Assembly: GCA_051382305.1 (NCBI GenBank)
Contig: JBBCAV010000229.1
Coordinates: 1 to 46,343 of the forward strand
From: Bdellovibrionota bacterium FG-2
GTDB lineage: Bacteria > Bdellovibrionota > UBA1018
Direction: 5' to 3'
DNA: 46,343 bases
Shown here: positions 39,001 to 46,343 of the stretch, piece after piece
Layout: the number at the start of each line of letters is the position of its first letter
Numbering within the stretch: position 1 is the stretch's first letter
Notes under the pieces: generated by a model
The model's database searches: none
Told to the model about the DNA's origin: nothing
Seen by the model: only the letters and a program-made list of their open reading frames with translations
Position numbers and translations under genes: made by a program

Positions 39001-39683
39001 AAAAGAGCGTCTGGATTGTCGGAGGCGATGGTTGGGCCTATGATATCGGCTTTGGCGGCCTCGATCACGTGCTGGCTGCAGGTCGTAAAGTAAACATTCT
39101 CGTCTTAGATACAGAAGTTTACTCTAACACCGGTGGGCAGGCGTCAAAAGCCACCCCTCTTGGGGCTTCTGCAAAATTTGCAGTCGCAGGAAAACTCACC
39201 CCGAAAAAAGACTTAGGCCTCATTGCGATGAGCTATGGAAACGTTTATGTGGCTCGAATCGCTTTTGGTGCCAAAGACCTGCAAACGGTGCAAGCCCTCA
39301 GTGAAGCGGAGAGTTTTCCGGGGACTTCGATTATTATTGCCTACTCCCACTGCATTGCCCACGGTTATGGACTCCACCTGGGTCTTGAACAACAAAAGCT
39401 TGCGGTCGAATCAGGCTATTGGCCGCTCTTTAGATTTGACCCTCGAAGGGCAGAGGCTGGCGAAGGTGCATTGAAATTAGATTCCGCTGCACCCAAGATT
39501 CCTCTTACCCGCTATATCGCAAACGAAATCCGATATCGGATGCTTGAGAAAATCGACCCGGATCATGCGCGGGAAATGCAGGCGGCTGCCCAAAAGGTCG
39601 TCAATCAACGCTATGAATATTATGAGCACCTGGCGAAACTGCACTCGCCCAAGGTCGAGACCAAAAAGGAGAATTCGACGTGA
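36078..39683 (+). CDS. nifJ: Pyruvate:ferredoxin (flavodoxin) oxidoreductase
   Basis: IYPITPSS, EMQSEGGAAG, GLGADGTVGANK, two CxxCxxCxxxCP motifs, GACAGCGE, GGDGWAYDIG. Confidence 0.98.
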   Translation: MTQTKIPAAQAATLDGNEATASVAYRLSETIAIYPITPSSTMAEFADEWSSQQKKNLWGSIPRLVEMQSEGGAAGACHGMLQAGTLSTTFTASQGLLLMIPNMYKIAGELTPFCMHVTARTLAAHALSIFGDHSDVMACRQVGFSLLSSGSVQEAHDFAAVAHASTLKARVPFLHFFDGFRTSHEVAKIQMISDETLRAMIDDRYIDAFRKLALTPDHPKIRGTAQNPDVFFQAREACNPYYDNVAQLTEETFKQFEKLTGRSYRLFDYYGDPQAERVIIMMGSGSETASETIDYLTSKGEKVGVIKVRLFRPFSTKHLLAALPLSTKMIAVLDRTKEPGALGEPLYQDVITSLHEALDAGALRTLPRIVGGRYGLSSKEFTPAMVKAVFDNLAPGNSNGKPKNHFTVGIVDDVSHSSLSYDRNFDIEGKEITRCLFFGLGADGTVGANKNSIKIIGEETENFAQGYFVYDSKKSGAITISHLRFGPKPIRSSYLVTQANFVACHQWDFLEKYDVLEAAAPGAVLLLNSTFPTHQVWDELTREVQKTILDKKLKLYTIDAFKVARETGMGGRINTIMQTCFFAISGVLPREEAIAQIKKSIEKTYSKKGAEVVAQNFKAVDQTLAALFEVKPENAVTSKKSKPPIVPDNAPDFVKRVTATMIEGKGDLLPVSAFPVDGTWPTDTTQWEKRNVALAIPVWDSSICIQCNKCAFVCPHATIRPALFDAQALDHAPATFKSVDYKGKDAPGMKYALQVAPEDCTGCGICVEVCPAKDKANPRHRAINMETQAPLRETERENYKFFLGLPTPDRAILKGDPKTSQFLEPLFEYSGACAGCGETPYLKLLTQLYGDRLMIANATGCSSIYGGNLPTTPYAKNAEGRGPAWSNSLFEDNAEYGFGMRVALDKHVEYSQELVKQFSAKLGDALVNALLSADQSTEAGIFQQRERIVELKKKLHDLKEPEARRLEAIADYLVKKSVWIVGGDGWAYDIGFGGLDHVLAAGRKVNILVLDTEVYSNTGGQASKATPLGASAKFAVAGKLTPKKDLGLIAMSYGNVYVARIAFGAKDLQTVQALSEAESFPGTSIIIAYSHCIAHGYGLHLGLEQQKLAVESGYWPLFRFDPRRAEAGEGALKLDSAAPKIPLTRYIANEIRYRMLEKIDPDHAREMQAAAQKVVNQRYEYYEHLAKLHSPKVETKKENST

Positions 39684-40690
39684 AACTCGCAACCAAATAC
39701 TTGGGATTAACTCTCAAATCACCCTTTGTCTTGGGAGCGTCTCCTTTAACCGACAGCATTGACATGATCACTGCGGCTGAAAACGCTGGGGCTTCCGCGA
39801 TTGTTTTACGTTCCTTATTTGAAGAACAAATCGCGATGGAAGAGCGTGCTTTTGATCATCACGTCTCACGCCATGACAGTGTCTCTGCAGAATCCGCAGG
39901 GGGATTTTTCCCACCCTTGAGTGATTTTGCTCTCGATACGGAGCACTATCTTGAGCATATTCGAAGAATTAAGGAACGCGTGAAAATTCCGGTCATTGGT
40001 TCTCTCAACGGCATCACTCCGGGAGGCTGGGAAAGACATTCGCGGCTCATCGAAGAAGCCGGAGCAGATGCGCTTGAGCTGAACTTTTACGATATGCCCA
40101 CGGACCCCACCAAAACTTCCGTGGACGTTGAAACCCGCTACATCGAGATTCTTAAGCACATTCGAGGAATGGTCAAAATCCCTCTTGCCGTGAAGTTGTC
40201 GGCGTTCTTTTCCTCCCTTCCAAATTTTGTTAACGAACTAAAAAAGAATGGGGCCGACGGCGTTGTGCTCTTTAATCGCCTCTATCAATCCGACATAGAT
40301 GTTGAGAATCTTCAAGTAAGGCCCGTCCTGCATCTTTCAACCTCCACGGAGTTATCGCTTCGTCTGCGTTGGCTCGCGATTCTGGAACCCCATTTCCAAG
40401 GCTCTTTAATTGTTTCAGGCGGGGTACACACCGTGACTGACGCAGTTAAAGCGATCATGGCGGGAGCCTCTGGCATTCAAATGGTCTCCGCGATTATAAA
40501 GAACGGTCCGACCCACTTTACCAAACTCACAAAAGAACTCACGGACTGGCTTGTTGCCCACGAATACAACTCGGTGGGTCAGCTCCGGGGCAGCATGAGT
40601 TTACGCACCTGCCCAGACCCTTCAGCCTTTGGGCGAGCCAATTACATGAAGACCTTACATGGTTGGAGCGTCATAAATCACGAGCATTGA
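39680..40690 (+). CDS. Dihydroorotate dehydrogenase-like flavoprotein (PFOR-associated)
   Basis: YLGLTLKSP, SLFEEQI, ADALELN, VKLS, VLFNR, SGGVH; GTGA overlap with nifJ. Confidence 0.92.
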   Translation: MKLATKYLGLTLKSPFVLGASPLTDSIDMITAAENAGASAIVLRSLFEEQIAMEERAFDHHVSRHDSVSAESAGGFFPPLSDFALDTEHYLEHIRRIKERVKIPVIGSLNGITPGGWERHSRLIEEAGADALELNFYDMPTDPTKTSVDVETRYIEILKHIRGMVKIPLAVKLSAFFSSLPNFVNELKKNGADGVVLFNRLYQSDIDVENLQVRPVLHLSTSTELSLRLRWLAILEPHFQGSLIVSGGVHTVTDAVKAIMAGASGIQMVSAIIKNGPTHFTKLTKELTDWLVAHEYNSVGQLRGSMSLRTCPDPSAFGRANYMKTLHGWSVINHEH

Positions 40691-40756
40691 AAAAAAGACA
40701 TGACATCCTCCGGATGATGTCCTAAACCTAGGGCACATTTTAAGGGGGATTTTTAA

Positions 40757-42328
40757 ATGGTTTCATTTTTCAAGACTTCGACTCTTGCTGTTCTGATCGC
40801 ACTCTTTCTTCCATCACTGACCGTTCAGGCATCCGTTAGATTGTTTCAGGCGGGAAAAGCACCTACTCTTCTTTCAAACGATGTAAAAGTCACCACACCT
40901 TCCAGCCCCACTAAGAAATTAAACAAGGGCCTCGTCGCCCAAGAGATCTTGCACTTCATTGATTCCCGAAAAGAACTTTTCGGTCTTAGCCATGTCGATG
41001 CCGAAGTCTTGGAACTTGGCCGTGTTCATGGGGACGCCAAAGGCTACAGTCTGCGCTTTCATCAGCGCTATGCTCGCGTGCACGTTCAAGGCGCCGAACT
41101 CATCGCTCTCACCGACTTCGCCGGCAACCTCCTCACCTTGAACTCCTCGTTGATTGCGGCGCCCTCAATCTCCGTGCAACCTTCGATTTCTCGCGACCAA
41201 GCCCTCGCTCTCGCGATCAAGTCTCAGCAATATAGTGACGCCGAACTTGGCCAAGATGTCCACGATGGGCTCCTAATTGTTACACCTAAAGGAATTCCCA
41301 CTTTGGTTTGGCAATTCTCACTCCGCGAGCACTCCACCGGTGGTAAAGCCGCACAAATTCAAATCTATGCGCAAGGCGCGCGCGCCGGAAAAGTTCTCAA
41401 GTCTATTTCCATCGGAAACGAAGTGGCCGAAGCCACGATTTCAATCTACGATGCTTCAGTAACTTTCATTATGCCTAACCCCATCTACAAGGGAGTGCTG
41501 GTCTTGGAAAATGGGAAAACCACACTCGCAGGCTACGCGCTCATTTCGGATGAAGCCCGTTTTGCAAACACTTCGTTTGAAAACGTACGGGATTTCTATT
41601 CGAATGTTTTCGAACGAAACAGCTATGACAACCAAGGCGCTGAAATCGTCGCCTCAGTCAACTCTCAGCGCATTACGATGATTGATTTATTGAAACAGAA
41701 ACAAAACGCTGCTTGGATGGGCCCCTGGAAGATGTTTATGTTTGGCGCAGGCGGCGATGAACTTGCCGGTTTCACGGCTGCGGTTGATGTCGTAGGGCAC
41801 GAATTTACGCACGCGGTGGTGAGTTCGACCTCAAACCTCACTTACGAAAAACAATCAGGCGCATTAAACGAACACGTGGCCGACGTATTCGGTTCTATGA
41901 TTCAAAGTTATTACGATCCAAGCTCTGAGTTTCACCTCATTGGGGAGACGATTCTCAGAGGCGAATTCAAAGCTAAATTTCGCGCGCTCCGGGACATGCT
42001 AAACCCTCACGATGGACTCAGCCCACAACCTGCTACGATAGGCGAAATCGCCCCTGAATTTGACACTTCCTGCCAACCTTCTGGGAGCAATGATAATTGT
42101 GGTGTTCATATCCTCAGTGGAATTCCAAATCGCGTCGTCGGCCTCACGGTTCAAAAACTGGGTTGGGAACCTGTGAGAAGCCTTTATTACAAGGTCATGA
42201 CCGATCGTCTGCGCGCCAGCTCTGACTTCGCCGATTATCGCGATCAGACCCTTGATGAATGCGCCGCGAGCCTCACCCAGGCCCAATGCGAAGTCATTAA
42301 GGATGCATTCAAGACCGTTGGACTGTAA
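40757..42328 (+). CDS. Secreted M4 thermolysin-family metalloprotease
   Basis: Signal and FTP-like propeptide; NAAW, HEFTH, GALNEHVAD, GVHILSG. Confidence 0.93.
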   Translation: MVSFFKTSTLAVLIALFLPSLTVQASVRLFQAGKAPTLLSNDVKVTTPSSPTKKLNKGLVAQEILHFIDSRKELFGLSHVDAEVLELGRVHGDAKGYSLRFHQRYARVHVQGAELIALTDFAGNLLTLNSSLIAAPSISVQPSISRDQALALAIKSQQYSDAELGQDVHDGLLIVTPKGIPTLVWQFSLREHSTGGKAAQIQIYAQGARAGKVLKSISIGNEVAEATISIYDASVTFIMPNPIYKGVLVLENGKTTLAGYALISDEARFANTSFENVRDFYSNVFERNSYDNQGAEIVASVNSQRITMIDLLKQKQNAAWMGPWKMFMFGAGGDELAGFTAAVDVVGHEFTHAVVSSTSNLTYEKQSGALNEHVADVFGSMIQSYYDPSSEFHLIGETILRGEFKAKFRALRDMLNPHDGLSPQPATIGEIAPEFDTSCQPSGSNDNCGVHILSGIPNRVVGLTVQKLGWEPVRSLYYKVMTDRLRASSDFADYRDQTLDECAASLTQAQCEVIKDAFKTVGL

Positions 42329-42343
42329 AAAAGGGGAGCGCTG

Positions 42344-43654
42344 ATGAAAAATTTGAGGCGGATTCTGGCTCTCGCAAGCTTTGTTTCGGTTTGTACTTTT
42401 ACTTTGGCTGCTTTTGCTAATGAGCAGGTAGAAGTATTTAACAATCCAGTTTTTAGGGGTTCTCAACACATTGTGGCCCATCGCTTCGCCCTCGAATCTC
42501 TGCTTTCGTTCAACCCGGTTCCGCCCCCTCCTGCATCCATACGCCTCCCCATTGATCTCGTTCGAGTAAAAGTGTTTCCCCATAATGACACCTATTCGCA
42601 GCCGCAAGGCAGGGAAGCGATTGTGGGACACGTTCGTTTTAAGAGCGCTGGAAGCTGCGAACTCAAGCTGACCACCGGGACGGTCAAGAAGTTTGCACCT
42701 GCTAAAACCTTTAGAATCGATACGTCTGTGGTTGGAGAAGGAGTCGCAAGTCTTAAATGCACGTCGACGACCCAAGTTTTGCGTGAAGGTGGATTTTCAA
42801 CTCACACCTACAACGGAACCTTTGAACTTCGCTTCGAAGAAGCAACAGTTAAGCCGACCCTGACCGTCATCAATATTCTACCCTTTGAGACCTATCTCAA
42901 AGGGGTCGTCCCCTCGGAAATGCCCGCAGGGTGGCCTCATCAGTCTCTCAAAGCTCAGGCCATTGCGGCACGCACTTATGCCGCCTTTCAAGTGAACGAT
43001 CGCCGCACCAATTCGCCTGGGCTTTTTTATGACGTCATCGACACCGTCGAAGATCAGGCTTACCGCGGACAAGGCGCTGAAGCTATGGCTGCGAGCGTGG
43101 CAGTGGATGAAACTAGAGGCCAAGTTTTGACCTATCGGGACAATCCAATCATCGCCTACTTTAGTGCCGACAGCGGAGGCTTTACCGAAATTGCCATGAA
43201 CGTCTGGGGCAATGATCTCCCCTATACCCCGACAAAGCCCGAAGTTTACGATCCGCATTCGATCGCTACTGCCTGGAAAAGGCAGATTTCACGCGCTTCC
43301 GCTCAAGCAAGTCTTCTAAGTGATGGGCTGATTCCGCCCGGATTTGTCGTCAAAAAAATTGAAATCCCAAACGATTCACGTTCCGTATCAGGAAGAGCGC
43401 TGCAAGTTTTGCTTACGGCTAATGATGGCCAAACCATCTCTGTATTTGGGGAGCTGTTTCGCCATGCCCTTCAACTTCGGAGCACCCTTTTTGACCTCTC
43501 GGGCTCAGGCCCGTTTACTTTTAACGGAAAAGGCTTTGGCCATGGCGTCGGGATGAATCAGACGGGCGCCAAGGTGCTTGTTCAACAATTCAATTGGACG
43601 CATGAACAGATTCTTGGATTTTATTATACAGGCGTGAAGCTGGAGCAACTCTAG
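42344..43654 (+). CDS. SpoIID/LytB domain protein (peptidoglycan lytic transglycosylase-like)
   Basis: ETYLKGVVPSEMP, KAQAIAARTY, DQAY, LRST, GFGHGVGMNQ, ILGFYY. Confidence 0.93.
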   Translation: MKNLRRILALASFVSVCTFTLAAFANEQVEVFNNPVFRGSQHIVAHRFALESLLSFNPVPPPPASIRLPIDLVRVKVFPHNDTYSQPQGREAIVGHVRFKSAGSCELKLTTGTVKKFAPAKTFRIDTSVVGEGVASLKCTSTTQVLREGGFSTHTYNGTFELRFEEATVKPTLTVINILPFETYLKGVVPSEMPAGWPHQSLKAQAIAARTYAAFQVNDRRTNSPGLFYDVIDTVEDQAYRGQGAEAMAASVAVDETRGQVLTYRDNPIIAYFSADSGGFTEIAMNVWGNDLPYTPTKPEVYDPHSIATAWKRQISRASAQASLLSDGLIPPGFVVKKIEIPNDSRSVSGRALQVLLTANDGQTISVFGELFRHALQLRSTLFDLSGSGPFTFNGKGFGHGVGMNQTGAKVLVQQFNWTHEQILGFYYTGVKLEQL

Positions 43655-43789
43655 TACGGAAACTGAGGTCCAGAATACGGGATCACGCACGCCTGCGTTA
43701 TTTTCGTTGATTTTCCCTTAATTTTAAGCTGCACCCCGTCTTTGAAAACCGTTTCCCCGCAGCCCCGCTCCGATGTATAGAGTGACTCT

Positions 43790-45517
43790 ATGCGAATGAG
43801 CCAACTCGTCGGAAAACGAACCAAAGAAACCCCAAAAGATGCGCAAACTCAGAGCCACATCTTTTTGATTCGCGGAGGATATGCGAGACCCGTCTCCACC
43901 GGCATCTATTCACTCCTCCCACTCGCCAAGCGAATCACCCAGAAAATCGAAAAAATCATTCGCGAAGAAATGAATCGCATCGAAGGCCAAGAAGTCCTGA
44001 TGCCTGTCGTTCTCCCGCGCGAGCTTTGGGAAGAAAGCGGTCGCTATCAATCCGTCGGACCCGAACTGCTCCGATTCAAAGATCGTAACGGCAAAGACAT
44101 GCTCCTTGGCATGACGCACGAAGAAGCGGTCGTTCATCTAGCCCGCAGTGAAGTGAGTTCCTACAAGCAGATGCCGTTTATGCTTTATCAGATTCAAACG
44201 AAATACCGTGACGAAGCCCGCCCTCGCGCAGGCCTGATTCGCGTGCGAGAATTTACGATGAAGGACGCGTACTCGTTCCACACCTCGGATGAGTGCCTTA
44301 AAAAATACTATGACCGCGCTCACGCCGCGTACGTTCGAATTTTTGAACGTCTCGGCATGAAGAACGTCTTTTCCATCGAATCCGACACTGGGATGATGGG
44401 CGGCGCGGTTTCGCATGAATTTATGGCCGTCTCTGATTGCGGCGAAGACACTATTTTTGTTTGCCCAGGTTGCGATTACAAAGCGAACAGAGAAGTCGCG
44501 AAAACCAAGGTCGCATTCGCTTGTGATCCTGCCAAACCGTTAGAGCGCGTTCACACCCCTAATCAAAAAACCATCGAAGAAGTCGCAACCTTCCTAGGAA
44601 TCAAAACCTCTGAAACAGGCAAAGCAGTTTTCTACACGGATGACGATGGAAAACTCTATTTTGTCGTCATTCGAGGGGATATTGAGGTCAACGAAACCAA
44701 GCTTCGTAACCACCTGAAACTGCGCGAACTCAAGTTTGCCAATGATGAGCAAATCCGGAGCATCGGCGCGGTGCCCGGCTACGCTTCACCCCTTCAGCTA
44801 AATTCGACAAAGGTGCGAATCATCATCGATCCTTCGGTCGCCCACTCCTCCAACCTTGTCGTAGGCGCGAACGAAGCGGACTATCACTACAAGGGCTTCA
44901 ACTTTACGCGCGACCTTCAACCCGGCTCAAAAATGATTGACGTTGTCGATATCGCAGCCGCACGCAACGGCGATCCTTGCCCCGTTTCAGGGCATCCGCT
45001 TAAGGAAGAACGCGGGATCGAAGTCGGAAACATTTTTCAGCTCGGGACGAAATACTCGGTCTCAATGAATTGCACTTATCTTGATCAAAACGGAAAATCA
45101 CATCCAATGATCATGGGTTGCTACGGAATCGGTGTGGGGCGATCCATGGCGGCCGTTATTGAGCAGTCTCATGATAAGTATGGGCCGATCTGGCCACTCG
45201 AGATTGCTCCATACCAGGTGCATATCTGTGCCCTTAATATGACCGAAGGGGCTGTCAAAGAAACCGCTGATAAACTCTATTACGCGCTCCTAGAAAAAGG
45301 CGTCGAAGTCCTTTACGATGACCGCAACGAAAAAGCGGGCTCTGCATTTAATGACGCCGATCTGATTGGCATTCCGTTTCGAATTATTTTATCGCCCAAG
45401 AATCTTGCAGAAAACGTCGCAGAACTCAAAGCTCGAGACGGCAGCTTAAACGAGAAGACCTCTCTGGATCTTCTTCAACAGCGTATTTTGGATCTACTTA
45501 ACCGGAAAGGAACCTGA
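43790..45517 (+). CDS. proS: Proline--tRNA ligase (bacterial type with editing domain)
   Basis: MRMSQL, GMTHEE, KYRDEARPRAGLIRVREFTMKDAYSFH, GIEVGNIFQLG, MGCYGIG. Confidence 0.98.
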   Translation: MRMSQLVGKRTKETPKDAQTQSHIFLIRGGYARPVSTGIYSLLPLAKRITQKIEKIIREEMNRIEGQEVLMPVVLPRELWEESGRYQSVGPELLRFKDRNGKDMLLGMTHEEAVVHLARSEVSSYKQMPFMLYQIQTKYRDEARPRAGLIRVREFTMKDAYSFHTSDECLKKYYDRAHAAYVRIFERLGMKNVFSIESDTGMMGGAVSHEFMAVSDCGEDTIFVCPGCDYKANREVAKTKVAFACDPAKPLERVHTPNQKTIEEVATFLGIKTSETGKAVFYTDDDGKLYFVVIRGDIEVNETKLRNHLKLRELKFANDEQIRSIGAVPGYASPLQLNSTKVRIIIDPSVAHSSNLVVGANEADYHYKGFNFTRDLQPGSKMIDVVDIAAARNGDPCPVSGHPLKEERGIEVGNIFQLGTKYSVSMNCTYLDQNGKSHPMIMGCYGIGVGRSMAAVIEQSHDKYGPIWPLEIAPYQVHICALNMTEGAVKETADKLYYALLEKGVEVLYDDRNEKAGSAFNDADLIGIPFRIILSPKNLAENVAELKARDGSLNEKTSLDLLQQRILDLLNRKGT

Positions 45518-45519
45518 CC

Positions 45520-46343
45520 ATGAACTTCTATTCTGATTCAAAAGAATGGCAATATTTATTTCGAAACGCGGTAGATTGGGATTCCATTATCCCTCTTTAT
45601 TATCCAACTTTCCCCACCGTCGACGGATTCAACAACAAAGAAGAGATTATTTCTTTCCTCGAAGAACTTCTCGCCAATACCGGCAAGTGGACCGCCGAAA
45701 CATTGGCGCCGCGCGCCCGCCAGCTTGACAAAATCGGCGCAGGAACTCTTGTGGATGGCACAACCGTTCCCTCGGATGTCTTACAGGCGACTTACAACGA
45801 GGCCCGCGATATGGACCTTCTAGGAATGTATATCGACCCTAAGTACGGAGGAATCGGAGCACCACTCATCGCGGGCATGACGGCTTTTACTCAAGTTTCT
45901 CGCGCTTGCATTTCGACCAGTTGCCAGCTTGGATTTTTTTCAACGATTGCCGAAATGATCGATCGTTATTGCCCCAAAGAATTTGCCGACGAGCTGATTC
46001 CAAGGATTCAGAAACTCGAAATCAGTGGCTGCATGTGCATGACCGAGCCTGACTCAGGTTCCGATGTCGGAGCCCTGCGGACCTCGGCCGAGAAGCAGTC
46101 CGACGGAACCTACCTTCTTAATGGCACCAAGTGCTTCATTACGAACGCGGGCGGAGGCCTGGCCTTTATTCTGGCGCGAATCAAGGGCGCTCCGATGGGC
46201 CTTGACGGGCTCTCCATGTTCTTTGCGCGCGAGTGGCTTACAGATCCAAAATCTGGAAAAAAGAAGCACAACTATAAAGTTGCTAAAATCGAAGAAAAAA
46301 TGGGCATGCACGGGACTTTTACCTGCGAAATGGTCTACGACAA
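45520..46343 (+). CDS. Acyl-CoA dehydrogenase (partial, runs off the window)
   Basis: Not in the ORF track: MNFYSDSKEWQYLF...KYGG...MCMTEPDSGSDVGALRT...LNGTKCFITN...KIEEKMGMHG. Confidence 0.95.
   Translation, partial: MNFYSDSKEWQYLFRNAVDWDSIIPLYYPTFPTVDGFNNKEEIISFLEELLANTGKWTAETLAPRARQLDKIGAGTLVDGTTVPSDVLQATYNEARDMDLLGMYIDPKYGGIGAPLIAGMTAFTQVSRACISTSCQLGFFSTIAEMIDRYCPKEFADELIPRIQKLEISGCMCMTEPDSGSDVGALRTSAEKQSDGTYLLNGTKCFITNAGGGLAFILARIKGAPMGLDGLSMFFAREWLTDPKSGKKKHNYKVAKIEEKMGMHGTFTCEMVYD

Noticed and set aside
40698..40721. Hairpin GACAT..CATCC-TCC-GGATG.ATGTC as a terminator of the nifJ operon
   Set aside because: The stem is bulged and there is no T-tract on the + strand.
41999..42775. 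258 aa minus-strand ORF and similar long antisense ORFs (6655..7173, 37656..38225)
   Set aside because: They overlap well-supported genes on the other strand and have no recognisable motifs.
1..46343. CRISPR arrays, tRNA/rRNA, reverse transcriptase or DGR repeats, integrase
   Set aside because: I saw no spaced direct repeats, cloverleaf or T-loop context, YxDD RT gene or recombinase by eye. Small RNAs could have been missed without covariance searches.

Overview
A 46.3 kb bacterial chromosomal segment, probably from the Bdellovibrionota (inferred from protein families and the many secreted hydrolases; no marker gene is present to confirm this). Intact housekeeping and metabolic genes include a DEAD-box helicase, GMP reductase, an SCPx-type thiolase, fadD, nifJ (PFOR) with a DHOD-like partner, a SpoIID-domain protein, proS and a partial acyl-CoA dehydrogenase. 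Exported enzymes include M1, S8, M4 and M16C peptidases, a phospholipase D and HEXXH proteins. The window opens with what looks like the end of a transposable element not captured by the ORF track. It has a Zn-ribbon/HTH gene, a TGTCA terminus, and an inverted repeat placed so that only read-through transcripts would sequester the start codon. The other striking pattern is about ten accessory genes broken by deletions, single-base indels or a nonsense codon, while all long conserved genes are intact. Two breaks look like microhomology junctions, and 24.8-26.3 kb is a cluster of toxin-antitoxin and regulator remnants (hicAB, a toxin/XRE pair, blaI/blaR1). I saw no CRISPR array, rRNA or tRNA. 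All family assignments come from motif recognition by eye, not from database searches.
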